Counted from the first letter of the whole stretch, positions 48,476-61,743 are shown. The stretch is DNA of 63,102 nucleotides, filler included, from Octopus bimaculoides (GCF_001194135.2; 7 parts of 5 records of this genome joined end to end with filler, not necessarily neighbours in it), one strand, 5' to 3'. Numbers and translations are program-made. Notes: generated from the sequence alone by a model not told the origin.

Positions 48476-49797
48476 TCGTCAAGGTTGATAATGAGTCCAC
48501 TTGATCAGCTAAACATCAACTGGTTAAAAATTTAAACAAACGCAGTAGATGCAGAGCAAAATTAACTCAGAATATACAAAGATAAAACTGAACAGCATAA
48601 AGACTCTAAACTACACTATACTATTTATACACAATCTAAATGCAGTAGTCAATGACTAGTATTGATTTTATCAAATATAATGCATGATTTACAAGTGAAT
48701 CAACCCATGACCATAACTATTCAGTTTTTTGCTTTGAGTTTTTATTTTCATTTTCACATTCCTTTGCTACTTTTGTTTGAAACTACATGTCATTTACAAA
48801 GAAAAATAAATATTGAAAAAAAAAAACACATTTGGCCAAATGTGGATATACGATAGTTTAACACAATAGCAATGATTTTCTTTCTTTATATGTGTATATC
48901 ATACTCTAATCTCTTCATTATTATTATCATTACCGATATAATGTGACCCATGGATTTTCCACTACACTTTTCATTGGCTCAGTCCAAGTTATTTACCAAT
49001 TGAGATTATTTTAATTTCTTTTCATTTCATTTCAATTCAGCTACCTATCTATTTGTATATCTATAAATATATCTCTCTTTCATCATATCGCTATATTTAT
49101 AAACTCACCTACACATCCCCCTATCTATCTGTCTGTCTGCTCAATTAACTATCATATCTACTTTCCCCATTTGCTGAAACTGACAAGCATTTAACCTAAT
49201 AAAAAAAATAAATAATAATATCAGGACCCCAGCATGGTCACAACCTTTTGTACAGAACACATAAAAGGTAAAAATGTAACAACCACAACTATTTTCTAAC
49301 TAAGGTTATTTCATTTTAATTTAATTACCTATTGATATATCTTTTAATTCATATATCTTCATGACAGTGTTTCACCATGTTAAACATTTCAACTGAGCCA
49401 GTAACTGAAGGTCTATATTATTCCACAATTGTGGAATAATATAGACCTCCTCCTCTCTCTCTTTCTTTATCTTACTTTCTTCTATGTCTCTTCCTTTTAT
49501 TTTTTTTTTTTCATTGATTTCACTATTTCCATTTCTCTCTTTGTCTCCTCCTCTCTTTCTCTCCATATATATATATAAATCTTTCTCTATTTAAGTTATT
49601 ACCTCCCTTGGCATAAGCGTTAACACAAGGATAAAATTGACAAAAACAACAAGAATCATATGAGTAATAATAATTTTTAATATAGACAGATCTAACAAGA
49701 GACTTTCAATGTGGTCACTTGACTTGCTAGAAATAGCAATCAAATCTCCCTCAGATCACACCCTATTGCCCAAGAAAAAGGATGAATATATTGAATT

Positions 49798-50094
49798 ACT
49801 AGCAGAAATACCCGGCTTTGCCCGGGTTAAAGAGAATAATGAAATCTAAAAACGCAGTCGAGACTACGCAACCCTCAACTGTTAGTAGCTACGATACCAT
49901 ATTTCTACATTAATAACTCTCTAATCCATGCCAGCATGGAACATAGACATTAAGTGGAATGCCAGTCTCTCATCTAGGAGGGCCTTGAAATTAATGTTAC
50001 CAACTGAGGACTATGTGTGTCGTAGTGATAATAAGAAGACCCAAAGGAGGTCTGCAACGAAATAATTTTACTCAACACTTTGCAAGTGAATCAG
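49798..50094 (+). mobile_element. 5' end of a non-autonomous Helitron-like element
   Basis: Begins actagcagaaatacccggctttgcccggg (ACTAG plus GC hairpin) and is cut by the linker. Confidence 0.5.
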
Positions 50095-51300
50095 NNNNNN
50101 NNNNNNNNNNNNNNNNNNNNNNNNNNNNNNNNNNNNNNTTAATTAATTAANNNNNNNNNNNNNNNNNNNNNNNNNNNNNNNNNNNNNNNNNNNNGAGAGT
50201 GAAGCTTTTTGCTGTTGTTACGTCAATACAGGAAGTTGACATTGAGGAACCTTTTTAAAGAAGTGAATCTTAAATATAAAGCAATATTATTTATTTTTAA
50301 TTAAAAAAATCAAATGAAGAGCCTAAGATTTATCCGAGGTCAAATTATTCACGCATCACAAGTATGGAAGCATTTGGTGAAGTCGATTTCACGTGAAAAG
50401 CGATTACACACACATCTCTGTTTTATATATAGTATAGATAACACAATAGGAGAAACCATTGATAAATGTCAGCAATCTAGTAAATTAATATGCATGCACA
50501 GAATTGAAGCACTGGAAGAATCAGATGGTTGTAATGTCCTGATTGAAAATATCTTCCACATAATGTGTGTGTGTGTGTACACACTAAACAGAACAGGAGG
50601 ATACACATGGGATGGAAGAGTTGCTGAAGAGGTCACAGATGTGTGATGAAAGATTTCCAAAGAATGGACATAAGATGAAATAAGAGCAATAATAAATGAG
50701 GGAAAAACGAATATATATTGCATTTGTTTATTTGACAAGAAAAAATCTGACCATTCCAAAATGTAGCAATATATATATATATGTACATATACATAAATAT
50801 GGGCATATAGATGTACATTCATACATACACTACATATATATATATTTATATATATAATTATAACATGGGATTGGCAATATGCCTCTCCACATGCTGAAAA
50901 TAAACACTAAATGATACTAAAATGACCTTAAAAACTCCAAAAACACAGGTTGTAGTCAAGCAAAAGAAAGATAACTTAAACTTTTGGTTAATCCTGTATA
51001 AGATCTCATTTCAAGCTAAAGGTAAAAAATATACCAACTGCTATCATCAGCATCAATATTCCATAGCACAAATGTACAAGTATCTACACATACCTATACG
51101 AGCAGCACTGTCTCACAGCAATATGTATACACACTTGCAAAAATATACAGTAAAGTTATAACTGTGTATATAATCATTAATGTAATATTTGGAAAGTTTA
51201 CCTATAAGGTTTTTATTTTTGTGCTGACCTGATAAAACCATGAATGATTTTATCCTTTATTGTACAATTAATATATATATATATATATCATCATCATCAT

Positions 51301-51471
51301 CATCATCATCGTTTAACGTCCGCCCTCCATGCTAGCATGGGTTGGACGATTTGACTGAGGACCGGTGAAACCGGATGGCAACACCAGGCTCCAATCTAAT
51401 TTGGCAGAGTTTCTACAGCTGGATGCCCTTCCTAACGCCAACCACTCAGAGAGTGTAGTGGGTGCTTTTAC
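51301..51471 (-). mobile_element. SINE with an RTE-type 3' tail (family F)
   Basis: Minus strand ends gcatggagggcggacgttaaacgatgatgatg, a characteristic RTE-like tail. Confidence 0.75.
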
Positions 51472-52042
51472 NNNNNNNNNNNNNNNNNNNNNNNNNNNNN
51501 NNNNNNNNNNNNNNNNNNNNNNNNNNNNNNNNNNNNNNNNNNNNNNNNNNNNNNNNNNNNNNNNNNNNNNNNNNNNNNNNNNNNNNNNNNNNNNNNNNNN
51601 NNNNNNNNNNNNNNNNNNNNNNNNNNNNNNNNNNNNNNNNNNNNNNNNNNNNNNNNNNNNNNNNNNNNNNNNNNNNNNNNNNNNNNNNNNNNNNNNNNNN
51701 NNNNNNNNNNNNNNNNNNNNNNNNNNNNNNNNNNNNNNNNNNNNNNNNNNNNNNNNNNNNNNNNNNNNNNNNNNNNNNNNNNNNNNNNNNNNNNNNNNNN
51801 NNNNNNNNNNNNNNNNNNNNNNNNNNNNNNNNNNNNNNNNNNNNNNNNNNNNNNNNNNNNNNNNNNNNNNNNNNNNNNNNNNNNNNNNNNNNNNNNNNNN
51901 NNNNNNNNNNNNNNNNNNNNNNNNNNNNNNNNNNNNNNNNNNNNNNNNNNNNNNNNNNNNNNNNNNNNNNNNNNNNNNNNNNNNNNNNNNNNNNNNNNNN
52001 NNNNNNNNNNNNNNNNNNNNNNNNNNNNNNNNNNNNNNNNNN

Positions 52043-52355
52043 CACAAGAGCCAGTCCAGGGGCACTGGCAACGATCTCACATGAAAGATATCATGTCGCC
52101 CGCACATGAGCCAGTCCAGGGGCACTCGAAAGATATCATGTGTCGCCCGCACATGAGCCAATCCAGGGGCACTGGCAAACGATCCCGCTTGGAACATTTC
52201 ATGTGTCACCCGCACAAGAGCCAGTCCAGGGGCACTGGCAACGAACTCGCTCGAAAGATATCATGTGTCGCCCGCACATGAGCCAGTCCAGGGGCACTGG
52301 CAACGATCCCGCTCGAAAGATTTCATGTGTCACCCACACATGAGCGAGTCTAGGG
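52043..52355 (+). repeat. GC-rich ~62-bp tandem array (6 visible units)
   Basis: gagccagtccaggggcact recurs at about 52048, 52108, 52155, 52218, 52280 and 52342. Confidence 0.9.
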
Positions 52356-52384
52356 ATATATATATATATATATATTTGGTTATA

Positions 52385-53150
52385 GAGAGACGGAAGATGG
52401 AGTATATGAGAATTTATATTAATCACTACAATTTATTCCATCCATCTAGTATCAATCCCTCACCAGTGGGATATTTAACATATGGTTCAGGAGCATCTGA
52501 TGATGCGGATGTGTCTCTTCAGGTGATAAATAGATATAACTTATTAAAATAACTGTTCCACAATGTATCTTCTCAGTTCGTGTAAAGAAAAGCATCAAAT
52601 TAAAGGATATAGCTTCATTTATATAGATAATCAATAATAAATGAATAACAGATGTAAAAAAGAAATGAACATGCAGTACAGCAAAAAATGTATTAAATAT
52701 AACAGTTAACAGATATGGATGTATGAACACCCTCACATAGGCTGTACACACACTCATACAAGCAACCACGAAGATGTAAGCATACGCACGTGTGGTTTGG
52801 TGCATGTACATTCACATAGCGAATTAAATAGGTACTTGATGTTTATAAGAATGGGGAGGTCGGAGCTAAATTTAATTTATCCATACTTTAAGGTAATTAA
52901 TGATTATTAACTAGGTTAACAGTTACTCAAATTCATTCCCACTGCATTGTGTGAAAGTGCATTTATATGCATGTAAGCATCTTGAGTCTTTCAGAAATTC
53001 TGTTAATGATCTCATTTGTCCATAAAATAGACAGGGATTCCTTGGAGCAAAGTTGGTATCTCCTGGAAATGATATTATATGGTTTTGCATGCCTTACTAT
53101 GAACCAAATTATGTTATACTTAATTTTATCTTCCTTAAGTCGCCACATAA
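52385..53150 (-). mobile_element. Inverted copy of a PLE 3' end (ORF C-terminus plus pLTR)
   Basis: Minus-strand WRLKEDKIKYNIIWFIVRHAKPYNIISRRYQLCSKE; reverse complement of 55370-55870. Confidence 0.8.
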
Positions 53151-53224
53151 TGTGTGTGTGTGTGTGTGTGTATACACACACCAAACTGAAATAGATATAT
53201 TTGTGGTGTGAGCTATTTTAGTAG

Positions 53225-55870
53225 ATTTTGGTGTAGGGAATGCTTTTGATGTAGTAATGGGATCATCCAACTCTGCACAGGTCACAGTCTTGGTCGGAAT
53301 ATGTATCCTTTCATTAATCCAGTCTTCCTTTCCAGAAGAACAGGAGGTCTATATAGAGATGATGCTCTAGTCTTCCTGGACAGAAGTAGTAAAGTACTAC
53401 TAGAAAGGCATAGGAAACATTTCTTTAGACTTTTTAAGAATTTAGGATTCAACATTACTATAGAAAAAGATCATCACAGAGTAAATTTCCTTGATACTGC
53501 TTTCTGTCTTGATACTGGATTATTTGAACCATTTCATAAACCAAACAGTAATATTAAGTATATAAATATAACATCCAACCATCCACCCTTGATAATACAG
53601 GGATTAGTTAAGAATATTTCAACAAGAAAGTTATCTGTAAATAAATAATTTTTTTAATCACACACAATATTACAATACCGCTTTAGCTAGGGCTGGAAAA
53701 TCCAATATATACAAGACACAGGTATGCATAACCCTGCCAATTCCTCCAATAATAATACACTAGCGGGACCTGTGAATATTTCACAGAGTTAATGGTAAAC
53801 CTATTGGATTATTTCTGAAAAATTTATCCAAAAAACCTGAAAGCGTAGCCTATGTTGTGTCTGTATGGAAAAATAGTCGCTCATCTACTACTCATTGAAA
53901 AGTGAAAGAAATTAGAATATGATGATTACTTAATGCACTTTATATATATACTTTGTGCACAATTTTATAGACTTAATACACAGCACTCATAAAATAAATA
54001 TTCACTCTTATTTTTCCATTTTCTCCATAAAGAAAAAGAAATCTTGTACATATGATTCAATGTTTAGTTAAATTGCATATATCTGTCATGTAAATAAGCA
54101 AGAATATTTCATGGAATTGCACTTATGCGCAATCCAATCACCACTGCCACCTCCTCCATTTCCACCACCATCATATCTCCCCCTCTCTCTCTCCTCTCTG
54201 TGCCTTTCTTTAACCTCATCATCAGAACATCACCTGTCTGCTAAAATTATATTTTTAACTCTCCTTCTCTATCTTCAACTAACTTTTTTAACCATGTAAT
54301 AAATATTATGTTCCCCCTACCTCATATTATGTATGCTTCTCTCTCCCTCTTTCAGTCTCACTCTTCACCTTATCCTCTTTTTCTTTCTCTTCTCTCCCTT
54401 CAACTGTGTATCATGTGAAAGCATTACAATTACATTCCCTCTACCTCACATCATGGACACTTCTCTCTCCCTCTTCTTCTCCCTTTTTCTCTCTCTCTCT
54501 TTTCTTTCTACCTCTTTTTCTCTAATCAAGTGAAAGTATTACCGACAGGCTAAGTAACACAATGACAAGCAGAATTATTATAAGCTTGTACACAACATTA
54601 TGGTATGCAAACTGATTCAGATCAAGAATACAGGTCAGGGAGAACTGGTCACAGCAATAAACTACAAACCAAAACTCATAGACACACACAACACAATAAT
54701 TCTACTGCTCATAACACAAATTGTCCCAACTCTGTAAAACACTCTAGAACAAATAAGCTAAACAACAAATGTAGGAATCATGATGTCATTTGGTATAATC
54801 CAATCTTTGGTTCACAAGTTTCAATGAAGATCACTAGGAAATTTTTTGCTGCTCTAGATAAATGTTTCCCTAAATCAAATAGATACCATGCTATTTCTAT
54901 TACTTTGAAGGTATCTTATGCTAACTCTATTAATTTAGAGCAGCATATACACTGCATTAATAATAGTAAAATGAAACAACAGTTCAATAACCCACTTACT
55001 GGAACTAGCAAACATACATCAAAATACCAAGAAATGAGATGTAAACTGCATTGAAAAGTACTAGATATGGCCACATCATGATAGTAGCAATGATTGTGAT
55101 ATAGCTAACATGGTAACAACATCAGAAAATGAAGTCAGAACTACTGTACATACAAATAAGTATAATAAATGCTCATGCAGAGACACATCAAGATGCCCAT
55201 TGATGCACCTCTATATAAGTACAAATCTTGTATATAAATGTACCATGCACACAAGGGGAGGGCTGTATGTGTGCATTGGGACAACAGCTGATTCATCCAA
55301 GAATTGTTTTCCCACACCATGTCACCAGCTTCAAGGAAATCAAGGAGACATTCAACATCTTTGGGTGATTTTGTGTGGCGAGTTATGAAGATAAAATTAA
55401 GTATAACATAACTTGGTCCATATATTATCATTTCCAAGAAATGTTGATTCTGTTCCAAGGAATCCCTGTCTATTCTGTGGATCAATGAAAAGATCATTAA
55501 TAGAATTTCTGAAAGACTCTCCAGATGCTTACAGGCACATAATGGACTTCCACACAATGCAGATGGAATGAATTTGAGTAACTGTTAATTTAATTGATAA
55601 TCATTATTTACCTTACGGTATAATCACCAAGTAGCTATTTAATTTGCTATGTGAACATATGTGCACCAAACCGCATGTGCATATGTTTACATCTTTGTGG
55701 CGCTTGTCTGAATGGGTGTACATGCGCCATACTACCTATGCAAGGGTGTTCATACAACCATATCCATTAATGATTATATTTAATACTTTTTTTTCTCTTT
55801 ATTGCATTTTCGTTTCTTTTTTGCATGTTATTTTTTTATCATTGATCTCTATAAATGAGGCTATATCCTT
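53225..55870 (+). mobile_element. Decayed Penelope-like retroelement, Naiad/Chlamys-like RT plus C-terminal GIY-YIG
   Basis: FDVVMGS, GLYRDDAL, VNFLD, KPNSNIKYINITSNHPP, VIWYNP...KFFAALDKCFPK...LKVSY and CSCR...CPL...NLVYKC...CIGTT. An unrelated insert lies at about 53780-54530. Confidence 0.85.
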
Positions 55871-55907
55871 TAATTTGCTGCTTTTCTTATTTATGGGTAT
55901 GCATGTA

Positions 55908-56016
<109 letters not shown>

Positions 56017-56917
56017 ATATGTATGTTTGTATGTGCATGCATGCATATGTGTGTATATGTATGTGCATGTATATGTGTGTATGTGTATATATATATATGC
56101 ATGCCGGTTTAAATACACTAGTACACAGGCCTATATAATAATGCATACACATACATGTACATGCGTGCATGCATAAATCGATATACACTTCTTTCTCTCC
56201 GATCCCTCTACTCACACTATCACATTAGCCAGTAGAATAAGCACATAAGTCTATTTATAGAAACTTGACCATTCTTACTATTTTTCCCTTCCAATTTGTG
56301 GTTTACTACTGACTCTTGAAAAAAAAACCTCCTATACCTTTTTCTGTACCCATCCCTTAATGCCATTCTAACATATCACCCCATCTCACACATATTCATT
56401 ACTCACATTCTTATCTCTTCCTACCCCTCCCTTATTCCTCTCCCATTCCCCCTTATAATATCTTGACCACCAACTAACATTCCTTTTTTTACTTCCTTAC
56501 ACTTTTTTCACTTTCTTTTATTTTCATTTTCTCTTCCTCTTTTTTTCTCACCCTTTCCTTTGACCTATCTCTTCATTTTAATATTCGCATTTCTCCTCCC
56601 TTCTCAAATTTTCTTTCACACCACAAGACCCCTTTGAATGAACAGCACATAGAATCTACATCTCCACACTTTCCATTTGTGATGACAAAATATGAACTCC
56701 TATTGGAATTTACATACCACGGACAGGAAGCATTTCTACCACTTCTACACACTACTTTCCTTGGATAATGGAACTGCAACTATGACATTTTTATACACTT
56801 TTTTTTATTTCTACATTCATTCTCCTATTTCCCTATACATTCCTTATTTGTTTCCTTTTCCAAAATAACTCCTCATATTGAACTCTAATATTTCCTTCTA
56901 TTTAACAATCATACATC

Positions 56918-56965
56918 GTCTCTGATGAAGGGATATCCCTAATATCCCAGAAATGGCTGTAAGAC
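56918..56965 (+). ncRNA. Minimal type I hammerhead ribozyme motif
   Basis: gtct CTGATGA a gggata-tccctaa-tatccc a GAAA tggctg TA agac. Stem I is 4 bp, stem II is a perfect 6 bp, and the cleavage triplet is GTA. Confidence 0.8.
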
Positions 56966-57188
56966 TAACTTTCTCTTTATAAATGTCCTGAAAATTCCAC
57001 ACAGCCTTGGCTTTGTTATCTCATTTTATTTAGCATATACATGCTCATACATAACCCACATTAGACTCCTCACCCGTATCAATTTTGAAGGGAATTTTTT
57101 GATGAAATGTAGTTCTGCTTGAAAAAACATTAGTTCAATATTTGCAAATTAACAATTTAAGAACGCTCTATATACATACATACATACA

Positions 57189-57224
<36 letters not shown>

Positions 57225-57340
57225 GTATATATGTATGTATNNNNNNNNNNNNNNNNNNNNNNNNNNNNNNNNNNNNNNNNNNNNTTAATTAATTAANNNN
57301 NNNNNNNNNNNNNNNNNNNNNNNNNNNNNNNNNNNNNNNN

Positions 57341-57570
57341 GGATAGATAATTGCAAAGATAAAGCACTATACAAGAAATTGAGAATGAATGAAACTGAAA
57401 ATTGGTGGATAAAGAAAAGAATGCATGGACAATTTTATAGGGATGTTGAAGATAAGACAGACAGAGAAAAAAGATGGCTATGGATGATTAAAAGTGATGT
57501 AAAACCGGAAACGGAGGCTCTGATCTGTGCTGCCCAAGAGCAAGCATTAAGAACGAATTACATCAAATAC
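57341..57570 (+). mobile_element. R4/Dong-clade (RLE) LINE fragment
   Basis: KRMHGQFYR...WLWMIKSDVKPETEALICAAQEQALRTN, a post-RT motif of this group. Confidence 0.8.
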
Positions 57571-60500
57571 AGAACGGACAGCCGGATCCGTCCCACACGC
57601 GACAGCAGGTTTTTGACATATACCCACAGGTCTGTAATGCTCGGGCACTGGACGAATACATGCCGGACCCTCTCGTAGTCCCGCGTGCATCTCGAACATG
57701 CTCGGCTGGCGGCACTTCCGTGCCTGTAAAGTTTATCTTGAACAGGCAAAGTGCCCCGGTAGCAGTGCCAGGCCAGAGACTTTTGGAAATTATTCACCGG
57801 TCCCAACCCGAAAGTTCTCCGAAAAAGAGCAACTAGCTGATCTTCGACGCCTAAGGTCTCCTCAAGAACATCGTCGCACTTTTTTCCGCTAATACTCTAT
57901 AAAAAGCTAAAGTGGATGTTCCATCCGTTGCCCCGCCTGATTAGCTGGGGGGCTGTGAGCGCTTGAAGACATTCCACTTTCCAAATGCTCTCCCTCGGTC
58001 TCTGTTTTACCCAGGACTGCAGCTCAGTTAAATAAACTAGCTGCGGAAATATGTAGCCTTAGAGCATGTCTGAGCATCATCAACCACGGCATGCCCAGGA
58101 CACCACGCAGCTGATGCTGACAGTAAATAGACCGCTTGACCATCGGGACGCGTCCCTTCCACAAGGTNNNNNNNNNNNNNNNNNNNNNNNNNNNNNNNNN
58201 NNNNNNNNNNNNNNNNNNNNNNNNNNNNNNNNNNNNNNNNNNNNNNNNNNNNNNNNNNNNNNNNNNNNNNNNNNNNNNNNNNNNNNNNNNNNNNNNNNNN
58301 NNNNNNNNNNNNNNNNNNNNNNNNNNNNNNNNNNNNNNNNNNNNNNNNNNNNNNNNNNNNNNNNNNNNNNNNNNNNNNNNNNNNNNNNNNNNNNNNNNNN
58401 NNNNNNNNNNNNNNNNNNNNNNNNNNNNNNNNNNNNNNNNNNNNNNNNNNNNNNNNNNNNNNNNNNNNNNNNNNNNNNNNNNNNNNNNNNNNNNNNNNNN
58501 NNNNNNNNNNNNNNNNNNNNNNNNNNNNNNNNNNNNNNNNNNNNNNNNNNNNNNNNNNNNNNNNNNNNNNNNNNNNNNNNNNNNNNNNNNNNNNNNNNNN
58601 NNNNNNNNNNNNNNNNNNNNNNNNNNNNNNNNNNNNNNNNNNNNNNNNNNNNNNNNNNNNNNNNNNNNNNNNNNNNNNNNNNNNNNNNNNNNNNNNNNNN
58701 NNNNNNNNNNNNNNNNNNNNNNNNNNNNNNNNNNNNNNNNNNNNNNNNNNNNNNNNNNNNNNNNNNNNNNNNNNNNNNNNNNNNNNNNNNNNNNNNNNNN
58801 NNNNNNNNNNNNNNNNNNNNNNNNNNNNNNNNNNNNNNNNNNNNNNNNNNNNNNNNNNNNNNNNNNNNNNNNNNNNNNNNNNNNNNNNNNNNNNNNNNNN
58901 CCGACGATGCAGTTGGACGGCATGGATTTGCTTTTCTAGATGCCGAGCCGCAAGCCCTCTGATTTTTCCTGGTTAACTGTAGCTCCTGAAACCGCCACGC
59001 AGTCCCTGAGAGCGGTGCCGATCCTTTTTATGTGTTTATGATCCGACACCGCTATGGTGACGTCGTCGGCATATACCGATACGCATTTCTCACGTCCTAG
59101 GTCACGCGGGATGCCTCTCAACGCCTCCAGTTTGTGTAGTAGTGGCTCGAGAGTCAATACGTACAAGAGGGACGAGAGGGGATAGCCTTGCCGGACCGAG
59201 CGTATGATGTTGAACGGCTCTGGAGAGGTGACCGTTCACTCTGACCACTGAACAGATGTTGCTGTGCATAGCAGCGATCCAGCCTCTGAATGCAAGCCCA
59301 AATCCAGCTGCCTTGAGGACCACCGCCAGGTATAGATGGTCGACCCTACCGAAAGCTTTAGACTGATCTAAATTGATAACAGCCCCACCACTGCCATGTT
59401 CTTTAGCCACTTTTTCAATGACGTATCACATGAAGTGGAGGTTGTTGTGGATGGATTTTTTCGGGGTGGCACATGTCTGTGCACCCCCACCAGATCCCCG
59501 ACGACAAGCACCAACCTCGTAGCAAATACCTTGACCAAAATGTTGAACTCTGCATTAAGAGTTATGTGCCTAAAATGGTGAAAACAATCCCCCTGTTCGG
59601 GTCTTTTCTCAGCAATGCCACCGCTCCTCGGCTCACAAAACTAAGAATTCTCCCATTCTGTTGCCAGTTGCAGTAAACATTTGCTAAGAGATCACCGAAC
59701 AAGTCTGGCATGTAAGCGCAAACTCGTAGGGCAGACTATCTAAACTAGGTGATTTACTCCTCGTGCAGCTAGCCATTGCTTTCCGTATTTCAAATGCTGT
59801 TATCGGCCTTTCGCAGCGCTCCACCTCCGTCGCTGAGAACCGAGGCAACCCGTCGAGGTAGGACGTGAAATCCATCCTACGACCCGGCTCACCGCTGCTC
59901 TCGAACAGTCGAGCGAAGCGTCGCAAAAAGGCCTCACACATCTGTCCCGGATCATTTATCATTTGCCTTCGTGGTTCGGTAAGGATCGGCTCGTGGATTT
60001 TTTGCCACGCCGTGCCTCTGCCACTCGGGCCCATTGAACGGATTTCATCTCTTCGTGTCTAAGTGCTCGTGCCTTAGTTCTGACAACACAACCTTCGTGT
60101 TTCGAGTTGAAGAATTGGTCGAGTGCCAATCTAGTTGCGAGCACGTCGGTCGTGATACCTTTTCTAAAAGCCTCGTCTAACTTCTTGACTAGCTCTGTCT
60201 CTACTCTGTTTCATTCTACTGCTAGTCCTTTGCTAAATCTTATCGATTCTATTCTTATCATCCTTTTAAGGGCGAACCACCATTTGTTATTGCTTATTGC
60301 CCCCGTCAACGCCCTCTAATTAGTTCACTAATCCGGTTTCTGAAATCTTTACGCGCCGGCAACGAGGTCTTCAGTTTCCAGTAACCGGGTCCCTGTCTAT
60401 GAAGCCTATCTAAGTTGACTGTACAGATCACGAATTTGGGGGCTGTGTAGTCGAGTACTTTAAACTGTGGGCAACCTATGCTATTCTTATCTGCTACACA

Positions 60501-60825
60501 ACAAAATACCCTATCTAGATACGATCTGGATGACCCGATGCAGTTTGACCAGGTCTACACTTGCACATCCGGGAAATCCAGTCAATACCTGTCAGACAGT
60601 TGGAATCGTCTGAACAGGTTTGCGAGGCTTTTGTACCCTCCTCTCCTATCAGCTAAACCTACGCAATCCCACTTTACATCTAAAACTCCATTCCAATCCC
60701 CTACTAACACTAAAGAGCGGGACGTTTCTAGGAAAGTTTCCAGTCGTCTGAAGAAATCTGGTCGTCCTACCGCTATTGGGGAAGAGACGGCAACTAGCCT
60801 GAAAGTATGTCCTTCGCTGTCTGTC
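57571..60825 (-). mobile_element. Second L1/Tx1-clade ORF2 pseudogene (APE-RT-zinc knuckle), gapped
   Basis: LVGDWNGVLD (APE), KSPSLDSLPYE, LDQSKAFGRVDH, VSVYADDV and CSRCTRDYERVRHVFVQC. Homologous to 22335-25270. Confidence 0.92.
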
Positions 60826-60925
60826 NNNNNNNNNNNNNNNNNNNNNNNNNNNNNNNNNNNNNNNNNNNNTTAATTAATTAANNNNNNNNNNNNNNNNNNN
60901 NNNNNNNNNNNNNNNNNNNNNNNNN

Positions 60926-61203
60926 AATTGTTTAACAATCGCTAGTAGGCCTTTGAGTTGTTGGTCATTTTTTGCAAAGAGCTTTAAATCATCCATGTAA
61001 ATGAGATGATTTATATTTTTATCAAATATTTTATAACCATACTGTGCATCATCGAGCAATTTTGAGAGCGGTATTAGGGCTAGACAGAAGAGGAGTGGTG
61101 ATAGTGAGTCACCCTGGAAAATGCCACATGAAATTCTTACATCTCCAGCATTTAGAGATTCATTGTCATTGTTCAACATCAGTGTGGTTCTCCATGATCT
61201 CAT
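60926..61203 (-). mobile_element. R4/Dong-clade RT fragment abutting (TAA)n
   Basis: GIFQGDSLSPLLFCLALIPL and INHLIYMDDLKLFAK. Confidence 0.88.
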
Positions 61204-61279
61204 ATTATTATTATTATTATTATTATCATCATTATAATTATTATTATTATTGCTATTATTATTATTATTATTATTGCTA

Positions 61280-61367
<88 letters not shown>

Positions 61368-61375
61368 CATCATCA
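61201..61375. repeat. (ATT/TAA)n microsatellite
   Basis: Direct reading. Confidence 0.97.
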
Positions 61376-61621
61376 TTTTATTTTCCTCCACTTATGGATC
61401 TGGCTGACTTACAGCTCGATGCATTCTTTTGATGTACAGAAGATTGTATAAATTCTCAATACTTTTTTATTCATAATTTTCATATATATTTACACATACA
61501 AACACACATACACACGCATTACATACATATACATATATATATACATGTATACACACGCATATGCGCACAGACACACACAGACACACGCACCGACACGCAC
61601 ACAGACACAACACACAGATAC

Positions 61622-61657
<36 letters not shown>

Positions 61658-61707
61658 TTACACATGCAAACTTATTCTTATAACGTCTTTCAGAGAAATT
61701 ATACGTG

Positions 61708-61743
<36 letters not shown>

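Larger units (their letters stand above)
47141..48940 (+). repeat. Near-identical direct duplication (47141-47515 vs 48765-48940; the second copy lacks ~190 bp)
   Basis: Direct alignment. Confidence 0.9.

Noticed and set aside
52043-52355. CRISPR-like repeat-spacer appearance
   Set aside because: The intervening segments are homologous to each other, there are no cas genes, and the context is eukaryotic. It is a tandem repeat.
55645-55700. SECIS-like hairpin in the PLE 3' region (GTGA, ~12-nt helix, AAA loop)
   Set aside because: Both copies (here and about 52765-52820 on minus) have TTAC where the 3' GA of the SECIS quartet is required.
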